Below, piece after piece: positions 8,860 to 17,013 of a stretch of DNA of 64,000 bases. Position numbers and translations under genes: made by a program. Source of the DNA: Pseudomonadota bacterium (GTDB lineage Bacteria; Pseudomonadota; Gammaproteobacteria; Steroidobacterales; Steroidobacteraceae); contig JBDTSV010000175.1 of NCBI GenBank assembly GCA_039930985.1, forward strand, positions 10,437-74,436, read 5' to 3'. Under the pieces are notes generated by a model. It worked only from the letters and a program-made list of their open reading frames with translations. It was not told the origin of the DNA and made no database searches. Position 1 is the stretch's first letter. The number at the start of each line of letters is the position of its first letter.

Positions 8860-10149
8860 ATGTCGAACAACCCGCCCAAGTTCACGGGTCCCGGATCGCC
8901 ACAGGATGTGCCGCCGCTGCCGGGCGAACTGGGCGTTGATCCATCCACGCTCCCGAAGCCGATTCGCGACGAACTGGTAAAGCCCGATCCGGTCGCCATC
9001 GACACCGCGGCCGTCGAGCTCAAGGATGGCCTCAACCACTGTCCGAAGTGCAACGCGACGGACGTCCGCCAGAAGCCCGGCACTGACCTGCTCATCTGCG
9101 CGTTCTGCCGCCACGAGTGGCACGGCGAGCGTGTCGAGGAGCAGTTTGGCTTCGGCGAAGGACTCGACCAGCTCGAGGGCACGATCCTCGCCTCGGGCGC
9201 GCGCGACATCGCGGCGGACGAAGCCGTGCTGCGCACGTTCAAGTGCAACTGCTGCGGCGCTGAGGTGACTATCAACACCGAAAGCGAGATGACGGCTCGC
9301 TGCCACTGGTGTCGCAACGTATTCGGCGTCAACGAACAGGTGGCGAACGGCGCCGTGCCGGATGCCGTGCTGCCTTTCCACGTCAAGAAGGACGACGCGG
9401 TTGCGCGTATCCGCCAGTTCGTCGACAAGCGCAGGTTGTTTGCGTTGAAGGCGTTCAAAGAAGAATTCACGCCCGAGAATGTTCTCCCCGTCTACCTGCC
9501 GTACATGATCGTCGACGCCAGGGCGAGCGCCGACGTCGCCGGCAAGGGCGAGATCGAGACGCGTCGCTACACGCGCGGCGAAGGCAACAACAAGAAGACG
9601 TATTACGACGCTGACGTGTACCAGGTCGATCGCCACGTGGACTTCACGGTGGACGACCTGACGCTCGAATCGTCGCGCGACCGCGGCAACCTGGACACGC
9701 GCGTCAACACGAACAACATCATCAACACGATCTTGCCGTTCGATACGAAGAACGCCGTGAAGTGGAATGCGTCGTATCTGCGCAGCTGCTCTTCGGAGAA
9801 GCGCGATCTCAACGTGACGCAGCTGCAACCGCGGCTCGCCGAACAACTGCTGTCGATAGCGCGTGCGCAGGCCGAAGCCTCGGTAAGCCGTTACGGCCGC
9901 GGCGTGCGGTGGGAGCAGGAAGGTCTCGATGTGCACGGAACGCGCTGGGTATCGATGTACCTGCCCGTATGGCTGTACTCCTATCACCAGCCGAATGGCA
10001 GTGGCGGCATGCTGCACTACATCGCCGTGAATGGCCGAACCGGTGAAACGATGGGCAGTGTGCCCGTGCAGCAGTGGAAGCTGCTCACTACCGCGCTCAC
10101 CGTCGGCACGTTCCTCGAAGGCATCGTACTCTGGATCCTGGCGAACTAA
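8860..10149 (+). CDS. double zinc-ribbon membrane protein (YdjG/TFIIB-type zinc-ribbon-like)
   Basis: Two CxxC..CxxC ribbons (CPKC...CAFC and CNCC...CHWC). C-terminal TM helix LLTTALTVGTFLEGIVLWILA. Starts 13 nt after the SPFH gene. Confidence 0.7.
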   Translation: MSNNPPKFTGPGSPQDVPPLPGELGVDPSTLPKPIRDELVKPDPVAIDTAAVELKDGLNHCPKCNATDVRQKPGTDLLICAFCRHEWHGERVEEQFGFGEGLDQLEGTILASGARDIAADEAVLRTFKCNCCGAEVTINTESEMTARCHWCRNVFGVNEQVANGAVPDAVLPFHVKKDDAVARIRQFVDKRRLFALKAFKEEFTPENVLPVYLPYMIVDARASADVAGKGEIETRRYTRGEGNNKKTYYDADVYQVDRHVDFTVDDLTLESSRDRGNLDTRVNTNNIINTILPFDTKNAVKWNASYLRSCSSEKRDLNVTQLQPRLAEQLLSIARAQAEASVSRYGRGVRWEQEGLDVHGTRWVSMYLPVWLYSYHQPNGSGGMLHYIAVNGRTGETMGSVPVQQWKLLTTALTVGTFLEGIVLWILAN

Positions 10150-10151
10150 TC

Positions 10152-10445
10152 ATGAGCGACGACAACAGCCTGGCCCTGCTACTTCTCGGTCCCGCCGGCG
10201 GCGTCGGTCTGTACTGGGCTCTCTACCGCTACTACCGCAACACCGACAAGTCGCAAGCGTTCGAGCGCGAGACGAAGGTCGACGCGAAACCCGTGACCGG
10301 TTCCGACAGCAAGGTCGACACCAACAACGGCACGCCGGACTCGCGCATCACGGGCGACAACGTGCACGAATACCGCCAGCGCGTGAAGGTTCGGCCGAAA
10401 CCCGCGGCTGGCAGCCCACCGATCCGAAAGCCAATCGAACCATGA
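10152..10445 (+). CDS. small single-pass membrane protein
   Basis: An internal ATG 2 nt after the previous stop gives MSDDNSLALLLLGPAGGVGLYWALYRYYRNTDKS followed by a charged tail. The ORF track extension from 10074 overlaps the upstream gene. Confidence 0.5.
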   Translation: MSDDNSLALLLLGPAGGVGLYWALYRYYRNTDKSQAFERETKVDAKPVTGSDSKVDTNNGTPDSRITGDNVHEYRQRVKVRPKPAAGSPPIRKPIEP

Positions 10446-10672
10446 TTTTGGACCGCGGGTGCCCAGCGAGGCATACCAAAATCGGTATCTGCGCCAGACA
10501 AATCATGCGAGCCCTCCTGACTACCGGCGGCCGGCCATAGCTAGCTAGGCGAGACCGTTGCCATCGGATGCAATCCTGGCGTAGCTTTGCGGGCCCGGGG
10601 GTGGCCTTCGTCCCGGGTGAAATCAAGGAAGTTAGACAACAGGCGGCCACCCGGGCCGTTACAGGGAAACGT

Positions 10673-12439
10673 ATGAAGCACTCAACTGCCACGGCAGGGC
10701 TGCGCGCGCTGCGTCGCTTTGCGCTCGCCGCCACGCTGCTGATGGTCGCGCCGCTCGCCGCCAACGCCGCGGATGCCGGCTACACCGATCGCATCATCGT
10801 CAAATACCGCACCGCGCCTGCAAACGCAGTTGCCGAGACGGCGCAATTGCGCGGCGCGGAGCTGCCCGCGGCGCGCATGGGACTCGCGATGCGCCGCCTG
10901 CGTATCACCGCGCTGGGGTCGCAGGTGCTCAAGGCGGATCGAAAGCTGACTCTGGCCGAGGCCGAGCAGCTCGCCGCCGACATCGCGGCCGCCGATCCAA
11001 ATGTCGAATATGCCGAGCCGGACCGCATCATGCGTGCCACGTTCACGCCGAACGACCCGCGATACAACGAGCAGTGGCACTACTTCGAATCCACCGGCGG
11101 CATCAACGCGCCGCTCGCCTGGGATCGCGCCTCGGGTTCGGGCGTCGTCGTCGCGGTGGTCGACACCGGCTATCGTCCGCATGTCGATCTGAGCGGCGCC
11201 ATCCTGCCGGGCTACGACTTCATCTCCGATCTCCTCCCGGCGAACGATGGCGATGGCCGCGACGCCGACGCCCGCGATCCCGGCGACTGGGAAGACCCCG
11301 GTGAATGCGGCCCGCACGACCCCTTCGATCCGATACCGAGCACCTGGCACGGCACGCACGTGATCGGGACCATCGCCGCGCGAACCAACAACGCGAGAGG
11401 CGTCGCCGGAGTCGCATTCAATGCGCGAGTGGTGCCGGTGCGTGTACTCGGCAAATGCGGCGGTTTCACCTCGGACATTGCCGATGGCGTCCTCTGGGCG
11501 GCGGGCGGCGCGGTCCCGGGGGTACCGGCCAATGGCAATCCCGCCAAGGTGATCAACATCTCGCTGGGCAGCGGCGGCGGCTGCGGTTCGACCATGCAGA
11601 ACGCCGTCGGCTCCGCGCGCGCGCTCGGCGCCTCCGTCATCGCCGCGGCAGGCAACAGCAACACCGATGCCTTCGATTTCTCACCGGCCGCTTGCGATGG
11701 CGCGGTGGCGGTGGCGTCGGTAGGTCGCGCCGGCGGCAAGGCGTCCACGTCTAACTATGGCACGGTCGTCAAACTCGCTGCGCCCGGCGGCGAAAAGACC
11801 AGCGCGCAATCGAGTTGGATTCTGTCCACCTTCAACACCGGGACCACGACTCCTGGTGCGGACACCTACGGCTTCTATTCCGGCACTTCGATGGCGGCGC
11901 CGCATGTGTCCGGTGTGGCCGCGCTGATGCTCTCGGTGAAACCCTCGCTCACGCCCGACGACGTGACCTTCCTCTTGCAGAGCACGTCCCGTCATTTCCC
12001 AGGCGCCTGCGCGCAGTGCGGCGCCGGTATCGTGAACGCGCGCGCGGCCGTGGACGCCGCGACGGGCACGCCACCGGGCGTCGGCGAGGTTGAGCCCAAC
12101 GATACACGCGGCACGGCGCAGGCGAATTTCGGCGCCAACACCATCGTCAACTCCACGATGTCCAGCAGCTCCGATAGCGACTACTTCAAGGTGAGCTTGC
12201 CGGCGGGTCGCACGCTGCTCGCGACCCTGATTCCGAATCCCTTCTCTGACTACGACTTGCAGCTCTACGACAGCGCGGGCACGGTGATCAAACTGAGCCG
12301 GAACGGCACCGGAGTCGTCGATACCGTCACGACGACGAATACGGGCGGCGCCTCAGCCACATACTATGTGCGCGTCGTCTACTACAGCGGCGGCACGGGC
12401 GGAACCAATGGCAAGTACGCGGTAAGACTGAATTGGTGA
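10673..12439 (+). CDS. secreted S8 (subtilisin-like) serine peptidase with a C-terminal pre-peptidase (PPC) domain
   Basis: Signal peptide MKHSTATAGLRALRRFALAATLLMVAPLAANA. Asp/His/Ser triad motifs are present: VAVVDTGY, HGTHVIGTIAA, GTSMAAPHVSG. The PPC-like tail reads EVEPNDTRGTAQ...DYFKVSLPAG...YYVRV. Confidence 0.9.
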   Translation: MKHSTATAGLRALRRFALAATLLMVAPLAANAADAGYTDRIIVKYRTAPANAVAETAQLRGAELPAARMGLAMRRLRITALGSQVLKADRKLTLAEAEQLAADIAAADPNVEYAEPDRIMRATFTPNDPRYNEQWHYFESTGGINAPLAWDRASGSGVVVAVVDTGYRPHVDLSGAILPGYDFISDLLPANDGDGRDADARDPGDWEDPGECGPHDPFDPIPSTWHGTHVIGTIAARTNNARGVAGVAFNARVVPVRVLGKCGGFTSDIADGVLWAAGGAVPGVPANGNPAKVINISLGSGGGCGSTMQNAVGSARALGASVIAAAGNSNTDAFDFSPAACDGAVAVASVGRAGGKASTSNYGTVVKLAAPGGEKTSAQSSWILSTFNTGTTTPGADTYGFYSGTSMAAPHVSGVAALMLSVKPSLTPDDVTFLLQSTSRHFPGACAQCGAGIVNARAAVDAATGTPPGVGEVEPNDTRGTAQANFGANTIVNSTMSSSSDSDYFKVSLPAGRTLLATLIPNPFSDYDLQLYDSAGTVIKLSRNGTGVVDTVTTTNTGGASATYYVRVVYYSGGTGGTNGKYAVRLNW

Positions 12440-13545
12440 TCCGACAAGAGCGCCACCTGCGTCATGAGCGACAAAGCAAGAACCTGACTCCAGTGTGACA
12501 ACTGTACTTTGGTCTTGCGGGTATTGTAGTTAGGTATGAGATCGGCAATTCCTTGGGCGTGGATAGGCGGCAGGGAGTTGTCGAAGTCGCCGCCACGTAC
12601 CATCTGGTAGGTTCCATCTGCCCTGACAAGATACGGCGATGCATCCGCATTCAAGCGTGGGAAACGCGGATCGGGAATCCTGACGATAGTCGCCGAGCCG
12701 AGCGATGCGTTCCTGCAGGTGCCAGCGACTTCCGGCGCAAGTTTTTCAAGCGTGTCCGGGCTTTCTTGCGGCCTGCCGCCGGAATGGAGGAAGTCAGAAA
12801 GCCACTTGCCGGCAATGTAGCGATTGCAATCCCGACGCACTTCGTCAGGTAGTTCGAGTCCCGACCCACGCAGAGCGTCGGATAAAGCGACCAACTCTTT
12901 GGTTGGGATTGAATTCGATGAACCCTTTGGCCGGTGCACCGCCAATTCGCGTACCGTCCCGTTGAGCGCCTCCAGAAGCCGCTGACCGGAAACACCTGGA
13001 TGATCCGGGTTGAAATGGTGTTTCTTCAGCAAGCTGAAGATCACTTGATCGAGGAAGGTCTCATAGGAATGCCCATAACAACTGCCCGCGTATAAGCCGC
13101 AAGAGCCGCCGAAGCCCGCATGTGAATACGCATCCTGCTGACAATGCAGAGCAGCACCAAGCGCGATCAATCTCCTGGCATTTCTCCGCGGATCTTCGTC
13201 ACGCTCAGGCACTTCAGCAAAGTGGTCAGATATGACTTTGAGGACATCGGCGGAAATCTGGCCTGCCGGTCCAGGAGTTTTGCTGAAGCAGTGAAAGCTC
13301 AGGTTCTTATCCGCCTGGTGGAGTGCGCTCGTGAGATTCGACTCCACTTCAAGTGCAGCGACGGTGTCCTGGTTCTCGTCCACTGCTTGATTCGCGCTGG
13401 CGATAGTCAGGGCATCGGCGTCCGGCCACCCGATAGCCCTTGCGAGTACATAGGTGGTCGAATAGTGGATATCCGCTTCGTAGGCCTGGGCCACGGTCAT
13501 TGATTGAAGCGATACCAGCAAACAGGCACAAAGGAATCCTTTCAT
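12382..13545 (-). CDS. secreted hypothetical protein, PLC/P1-nuclease-fold-like (DUF6765-like from memory)
   Basis: Signal peptide MKGFLCACLLVSLQSMTVAQA. Motifs DIHYSTTYVLARAIG and HCQQDAYSHAGF resemble the zinc-PLC-like family. GC is lower by eye. The 3' end overlaps the S8 gene convergently by 58 nt. Confidence 0.55.
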   Translation of the reverse strand: MKGFLCACLLVSLQSMTVAQAYEADIHYSTTYVLARAIGWPDADALTIASANQAVDENQDTVAALEVESNLTSALHQADKNLSFHCFSKTPGPAGQISADVLKVISDHFAEVPERDEDPRRNARRLIALGAALHCQQDAYSHAGFGGSCGLYAGSCYGHSYETFLDQVIFSLLKKHHFNPDHPGVSGQRLLEALNGTVRELAVHRPKGSSNSIPTKELVALSDALRGSGLELPDEVRRDCNRYIAGKWLSDFLHSGGRPQESPDTLEKLAPEVAGTCRNASLGSATIVRIPDPRFPRLNADASPYLVRADGTYQMVRGGDFDNSLPPIHAQGIADLIPNYNTRKTKVQLSHWSQVLALSLMTQVALLSDHQFSLTAYLPLVPPVPPL

Positions 13546-13710
13546 CTATGCCTCAACCCTGTTGTTCTCGAAAGCTACACGTATGTCTCCTGCAAACGCT
13601 TTAAGGTTCTCTTTCAGGGACGATACGGCGGCAGGAACTTCATGGTTCGCGGCCGTTAGAATTCGATGCGGATGCTCGCGGGACAGTTATCCAGGCTCAC
13701 GGAGAGTTGC

Positions 13711-14853
13711 ATGAATAGCCCAAAAGATAATTCGACCACTGTTGATGGCGGACGTCGCAAGCTCTTGGAGGTGGTCGGCGCCGGCGCAGTTGCAGCCGTG
13801 GTCCCGGCAGCATTTGCCGCAGAGTCGTCCAGCGTGGCCAAACAAATCGATCGGCCGCTACGTTGGGGAATCGTCGGTACCGGTTCGATCGCAAATCATA
13901 TCGCGCGGATGATGCAGTTGGCCGCGCGCACCAAACTAACAGCCGTCGCCAGCCGGAAGATTGAAACTGCCAAGCAGTTCGCCAACGCGCATGGCATTTC
14001 TGCCGCGTTCGGTTCGTGGTCGGAGATGTTGTCGTCGAATACCGTCGACGCGGTCTACGTTGCCACGCCAACCGCCGTCCGCGAAGAAATCTGCACATCG
14101 GCTGCGGCTAACGGCAAGCATGTTCTCGGCGAAAAGCCCTTTGCCAATTTGGCTTCCTTGCGGCGCATCACCTCGGCCTGTCGCAAGCACGGTGTCGGCT
14201 TCATGGATGGCACGCATTTCGTGCATCACCCGAGAACTGCCAAGATCAAGACCACCATGCGCGAGAAAGTCGGCTGGCCGTGGTCGATCGATTCGGCGTT
14301 TCAATTTGCTCTGACGGACGCAGACAACATTCGTCTGGATCCCAAGCTCGAGCCTTATGGTGCGATTGGCGATGCCGGTTGGTACAACATGCGAGCGGCC
14401 GTGGAGTACACGGCGTCCGGCGTCAAATTGATCGGCGTTGATGCTTACGTTCGCCGTGACAAGAAAAGTAGCGCCGTAGTCAGCGGCAGCGGCGTCATCG
14501 CTTTCAATGATGGATCAACCACGACCTGGAATTGCAGCTTCAATGCCGGCGCCGTGAATTCGGACCTGAGGATCTCTGGTGCCGGAGGTCAATTCAGTCT
14601 TCGTGACTTCGTGCAGAACGAGGGCAGTGGGCCCGCTGAGTACGACTATCGCCAGGGCGGACTCGGTGATGGCGGCACGTTGGAGCGCATCGCGGTTCCG
14701 TCCGCGAAGCCGGCCGCAGCGTTGATGCTTGAAGACTTCGCAGCCATGGTTGGCGATGCCGATCATTTCGAAGCAAGCGTGGCTGCGAGTGAAAGGACTC
14801 AAGGGTGGCTGGACGCGATCTGGACCAAGGCGATGCAAAACGAGCGAAGCTGA
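13711..14853 (+). CDS. Gfo/Idh/MocA-family oxidoreductase with a Tat leader
   Basis: GGRRKLLEVVGAGAVAAVVPAAFA leader. Rossmann start WGIVGTGSIANH. EKP motif GKHVLGEKP. Start chosen at the ATG at 13711. Confidence 0.85.
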   Translation: MNSPKDNSTTVDGGRRKLLEVVGAGAVAAVVPAAFAAESSSVAKQIDRPLRWGIVGTGSIANHIARMMQLAARTKLTAVASRKIETAKQFANAHGISAAFGSWSEMLSSNTVDAVYVATPTAVREEICTSAAANGKHVLGEKPFANLASLRRITSACRKHGVGFMDGTHFVHHPRTAKIKTTMREKVGWPWSIDSAFQFALTDADNIRLDPKLEPYGAIGDAGWYNMRAAVEYTASGVKLIGVDAYVRRDKKSSAVVSGSGVIAFNDGSTTTWNCSFNAGAVNSDLRISGAGGQFSLRDFVQNEGSGPAEYDYRQGGLGDGGTLERIAVPSAKPAAALMLEDFAAMVGDADHFEASVAASERTQGWLDAIWTKAMQNERS

Positions 14854-14884
14854 GCTGCAGCTACGCAAAGCGCATTTGCGAGGA

Positions 14885-15487
14885 TTAGACCGCTTTGCGC
14901 GCCGTCGCGAGCAAGGAGCTCCGCTCCTCTTCAGTCAACACGTAGGGTGTGACGATCGAGAGGTCATGCTCAAAAAATGGCGAAGGCCTTTTACGACCCA
15001 AAAGTGCGCCCTTCAATAAAAACGGCATGACCGTGACGAAACCTTTGAAGTCAAACTTGTCTGGAGTGCCAGGCGGCGGAGTTCCACGTGCGAACTTTCC
15101 CATGATACTGGCGCGGATGTCGCCCAGCGTCTGATCGAGCTGCGTAGGATGTTTGACCGTAAACATACGCCGATGGGTACCAACCCACGGCCGTTTAGGG
15201 TCGGTGTTCGCAACTGGGGTGTTGCAACATCGAGTAGAAAACCGATACATGCCTTTGGGATTCATGCGCGTGCACTTAAGCAAGTCGTTTTCCGACGCAA
15301 ATATGATGTCGCGCGGATAAATCGGAATGATCTCTGTTCCACCGTTGGCATCCAAAAGATCGCCGCGTTTTAAATAGTGCATGAACGCCTGGCAATCATC
15401 GCAGTAGCAGCGCAGACGGCCCGGCGTATTTTTCGGAAAATTGGTCAGACGTGCGCGGAACTTTCCGCATTCGCATTGAATTTCCAT
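14885..15487 (-). CDS. GFA-like Cys-rich protein (DUF6151-like)
   Basis: The pattern CECG...CYCDDC...RCC is typical of the glutathione-dependent formaldehyde-activating (GFA/CENP-V) fold. GC is lower by eye. Confidence 0.6.
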   Translation of the reverse strand: MEIQCECGKFRARLTNFPKNTPGRLRCYCDDCQAFMHYLKRGDLLDANGGTEIIPIYPRDIIFASENDLLKCTRMNPKGMYRFSTRCCNTPVANTDPKRPWVGTHRRMFTVKHPTQLDQTLGDIRASIMGKFARGTPPPGTPDKFDFKGFVTVMPFLLKGALLGRKRPSPFFEHDLSIVTPYVLTEEERSSLLATARKAV

Positions 15488-15668
15488 TTGATAATCCTAG
15501 CGCGGCAACCCCCCACGGCGATGAACTTTCTCTGCCCACCTTCAGTGACGAGCAACTGAAGTCGCCAACGAGTATGGCGAGAAGCACGCGGGCCATTTCG
15601 GCTGGCGCGTAAGGAGTATGTGAGCCATATGGAATTTGACTCGTCCTAGCCCGCAATCGAAGCGCCGC

Positions 15669-15693
15669 TCATCGATCGAGACACGATCGATGA
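15669..15693. repeat. perfect 10-bp inverted repeat (tcatcgatcg-agaca-cgatcgatga)
   Basis: Read directly from the sequence. It lies about 100 bp upstream of the propeller gene start at 15790. Confidence 0.9.
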
Positions 15694-15789
15694 TTCGTCC
15701 CCCCCCATTCGACACACGCCACATTCTTCAAGGCGCGATGAGCCGCGATACGCCGGGATTACGTCTTTATTCGGCAGGAGGCTCCTGCC

Positions 15790-16980
15790 ATGAAAAAGAC
15801 ACTCTCGATCTTCTTGCTGACCGCGCTGTTTGCACTGTTCGGCGCCCTGCCGGCGCAGGCGGTGAAAGGCCGCCCATCTGCCATCACCTTCGACGACGCC
15901 GGCTCTGGCCGGAAGATATACGCCTTCGTGAAGGGCGACAACGGCCATCTGGTGTCGAAGGAGTTCGCTGGCTCCGGCTGGACGTGGACCGACCACGGCT
16001 TGCCAGAGGGCGTCGGGTCGATCAGCAACCCCAAGGCGGTCACCTATCTCGACAGCAGCGGCAATCGCCGCATCTATGTGTTCGTCGTCGACAGCACCGG
16101 CCACCTGGCAATCCGATTCTACAAAGGCCCGAGTTACGGCTGGCAATGGTCCAAACAAGGTGGCCCGTGGATCAGCGGCCAATCGCTGTCGGCGACAACT
16201 TATGTAGACGACGCCGGCATCCTGCACCTTTACGCCTTTGCGTTCAGCACCAATTCGGGCGGCGCCGTGCCATTCAAGCTGGTCAAGCACTACTGGAACG
16301 GCAGCGCCTGGGGCTGGAGCGACATGGGCAACTACGCGAGCTTGCCGTACAACAACGGCTCGTTCACTGAAACGACTACCTACATAGGCAACGACGGCCG
16401 CCGGCGCCTGGATGTGTTCTGCGTCGCCGGCGACGATCAGGCATTGTTGCGCCACAGCCTGGTGGAGCAATCGTGGAGCATGTCGAACTTAGGTTCGCTG
16501 GTCGATCTGACCAACGCCTCGTCGGTGAATTTCGTGAACTCGGCGGGCTATCGAACGGTGAACACCTTCGTGCGCAACAACGACTATGAAACCATCTGGA
16601 ATCGCGCTGGCGGGGGCTGGACCGAAATCGGCAAGCCGGCCAGCGTTTCTTATTCACAGCAGGGACTGATCAGCGCCACGGCGTACCAGTCCATTGCCGG
16701 TTACCCACACGTACTTGTGTTCGTCGAGTGGGAGAAGCATCTGTACCTGCGCGTCTGGGTCAACAATTCCTGGCAGCCCTGGGCGAATCTCGGTCGACCC
16801 TCGAGCTCATCGACTTCGGCCACGGATGGCGTGAAGAATACGACCGCAATCACTTATCTGGACTCGGACTCCGCGCTTCAGCACACCAGGGTATTCATGA
16901 CCGGCGCGCAGAACGATCATCTGTACGTGAACTTCTTGAACGGCCTGGGCTGGCAGTGGTCCGACCTCGGCAATCCCTGA
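15790..16980 (+). CDS. secreted seven-repeat beta-propeller protein (PLL/tectonin-like lectin pattern)
   Basis: Signal peptide MKKTLSIFLLTALFALFGALPAQA. Seven repeats of about 50 aa follow the pattern Y.D..G..R.YVF....GHL.......GW.W...G. A GGAGG lies upstream of the ATG. Confidence 0.7.
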   Translation: MKKTLSIFLLTALFALFGALPAQAVKGRPSAITFDDAGSGRKIYAFVKGDNGHLVSKEFAGSGWTWTDHGLPEGVGSISNPKAVTYLDSSGNRRIYVFVVDSTGHLAIRFYKGPSYGWQWSKQGGPWISGQSLSATTYVDDAGILHLYAFAFSTNSGGAVPFKLVKHYWNGSAWGWSDMGNYASLPYNNGSFTETTTYIGNDGRRRLDVFCVAGDDQALLRHSLVEQSWSMSNLGSLVDLTNASSVNFVNSAGYRTVNTFVRNNDYETIWNRAGGGWTEIGKPASVSYSQQGLISATAYQSIAGYPHVLVFVEWEKHLYLRVWVNNSWQPWANLGRPSSSSTSATDGVKNTTAITYLDSDSALQHTRVFMTGAQNDHLYVNFLNGLGWQWSDLGNP

Positions 16981-17013
16981 ATCATGGCGCTCGAGGCAGC
17001 TTCGCGACGCCTT

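Noticed and set aside
10446-10672. GC-rich palindromic stretches (cccggg..cccggg; ctagctag) upstream of the S8 protease, considered as a riboswitch or REP element.
   Set aside because: I could not fold a convincing conserved structure by eye, and the motifs do not recur elsewhere in the window.
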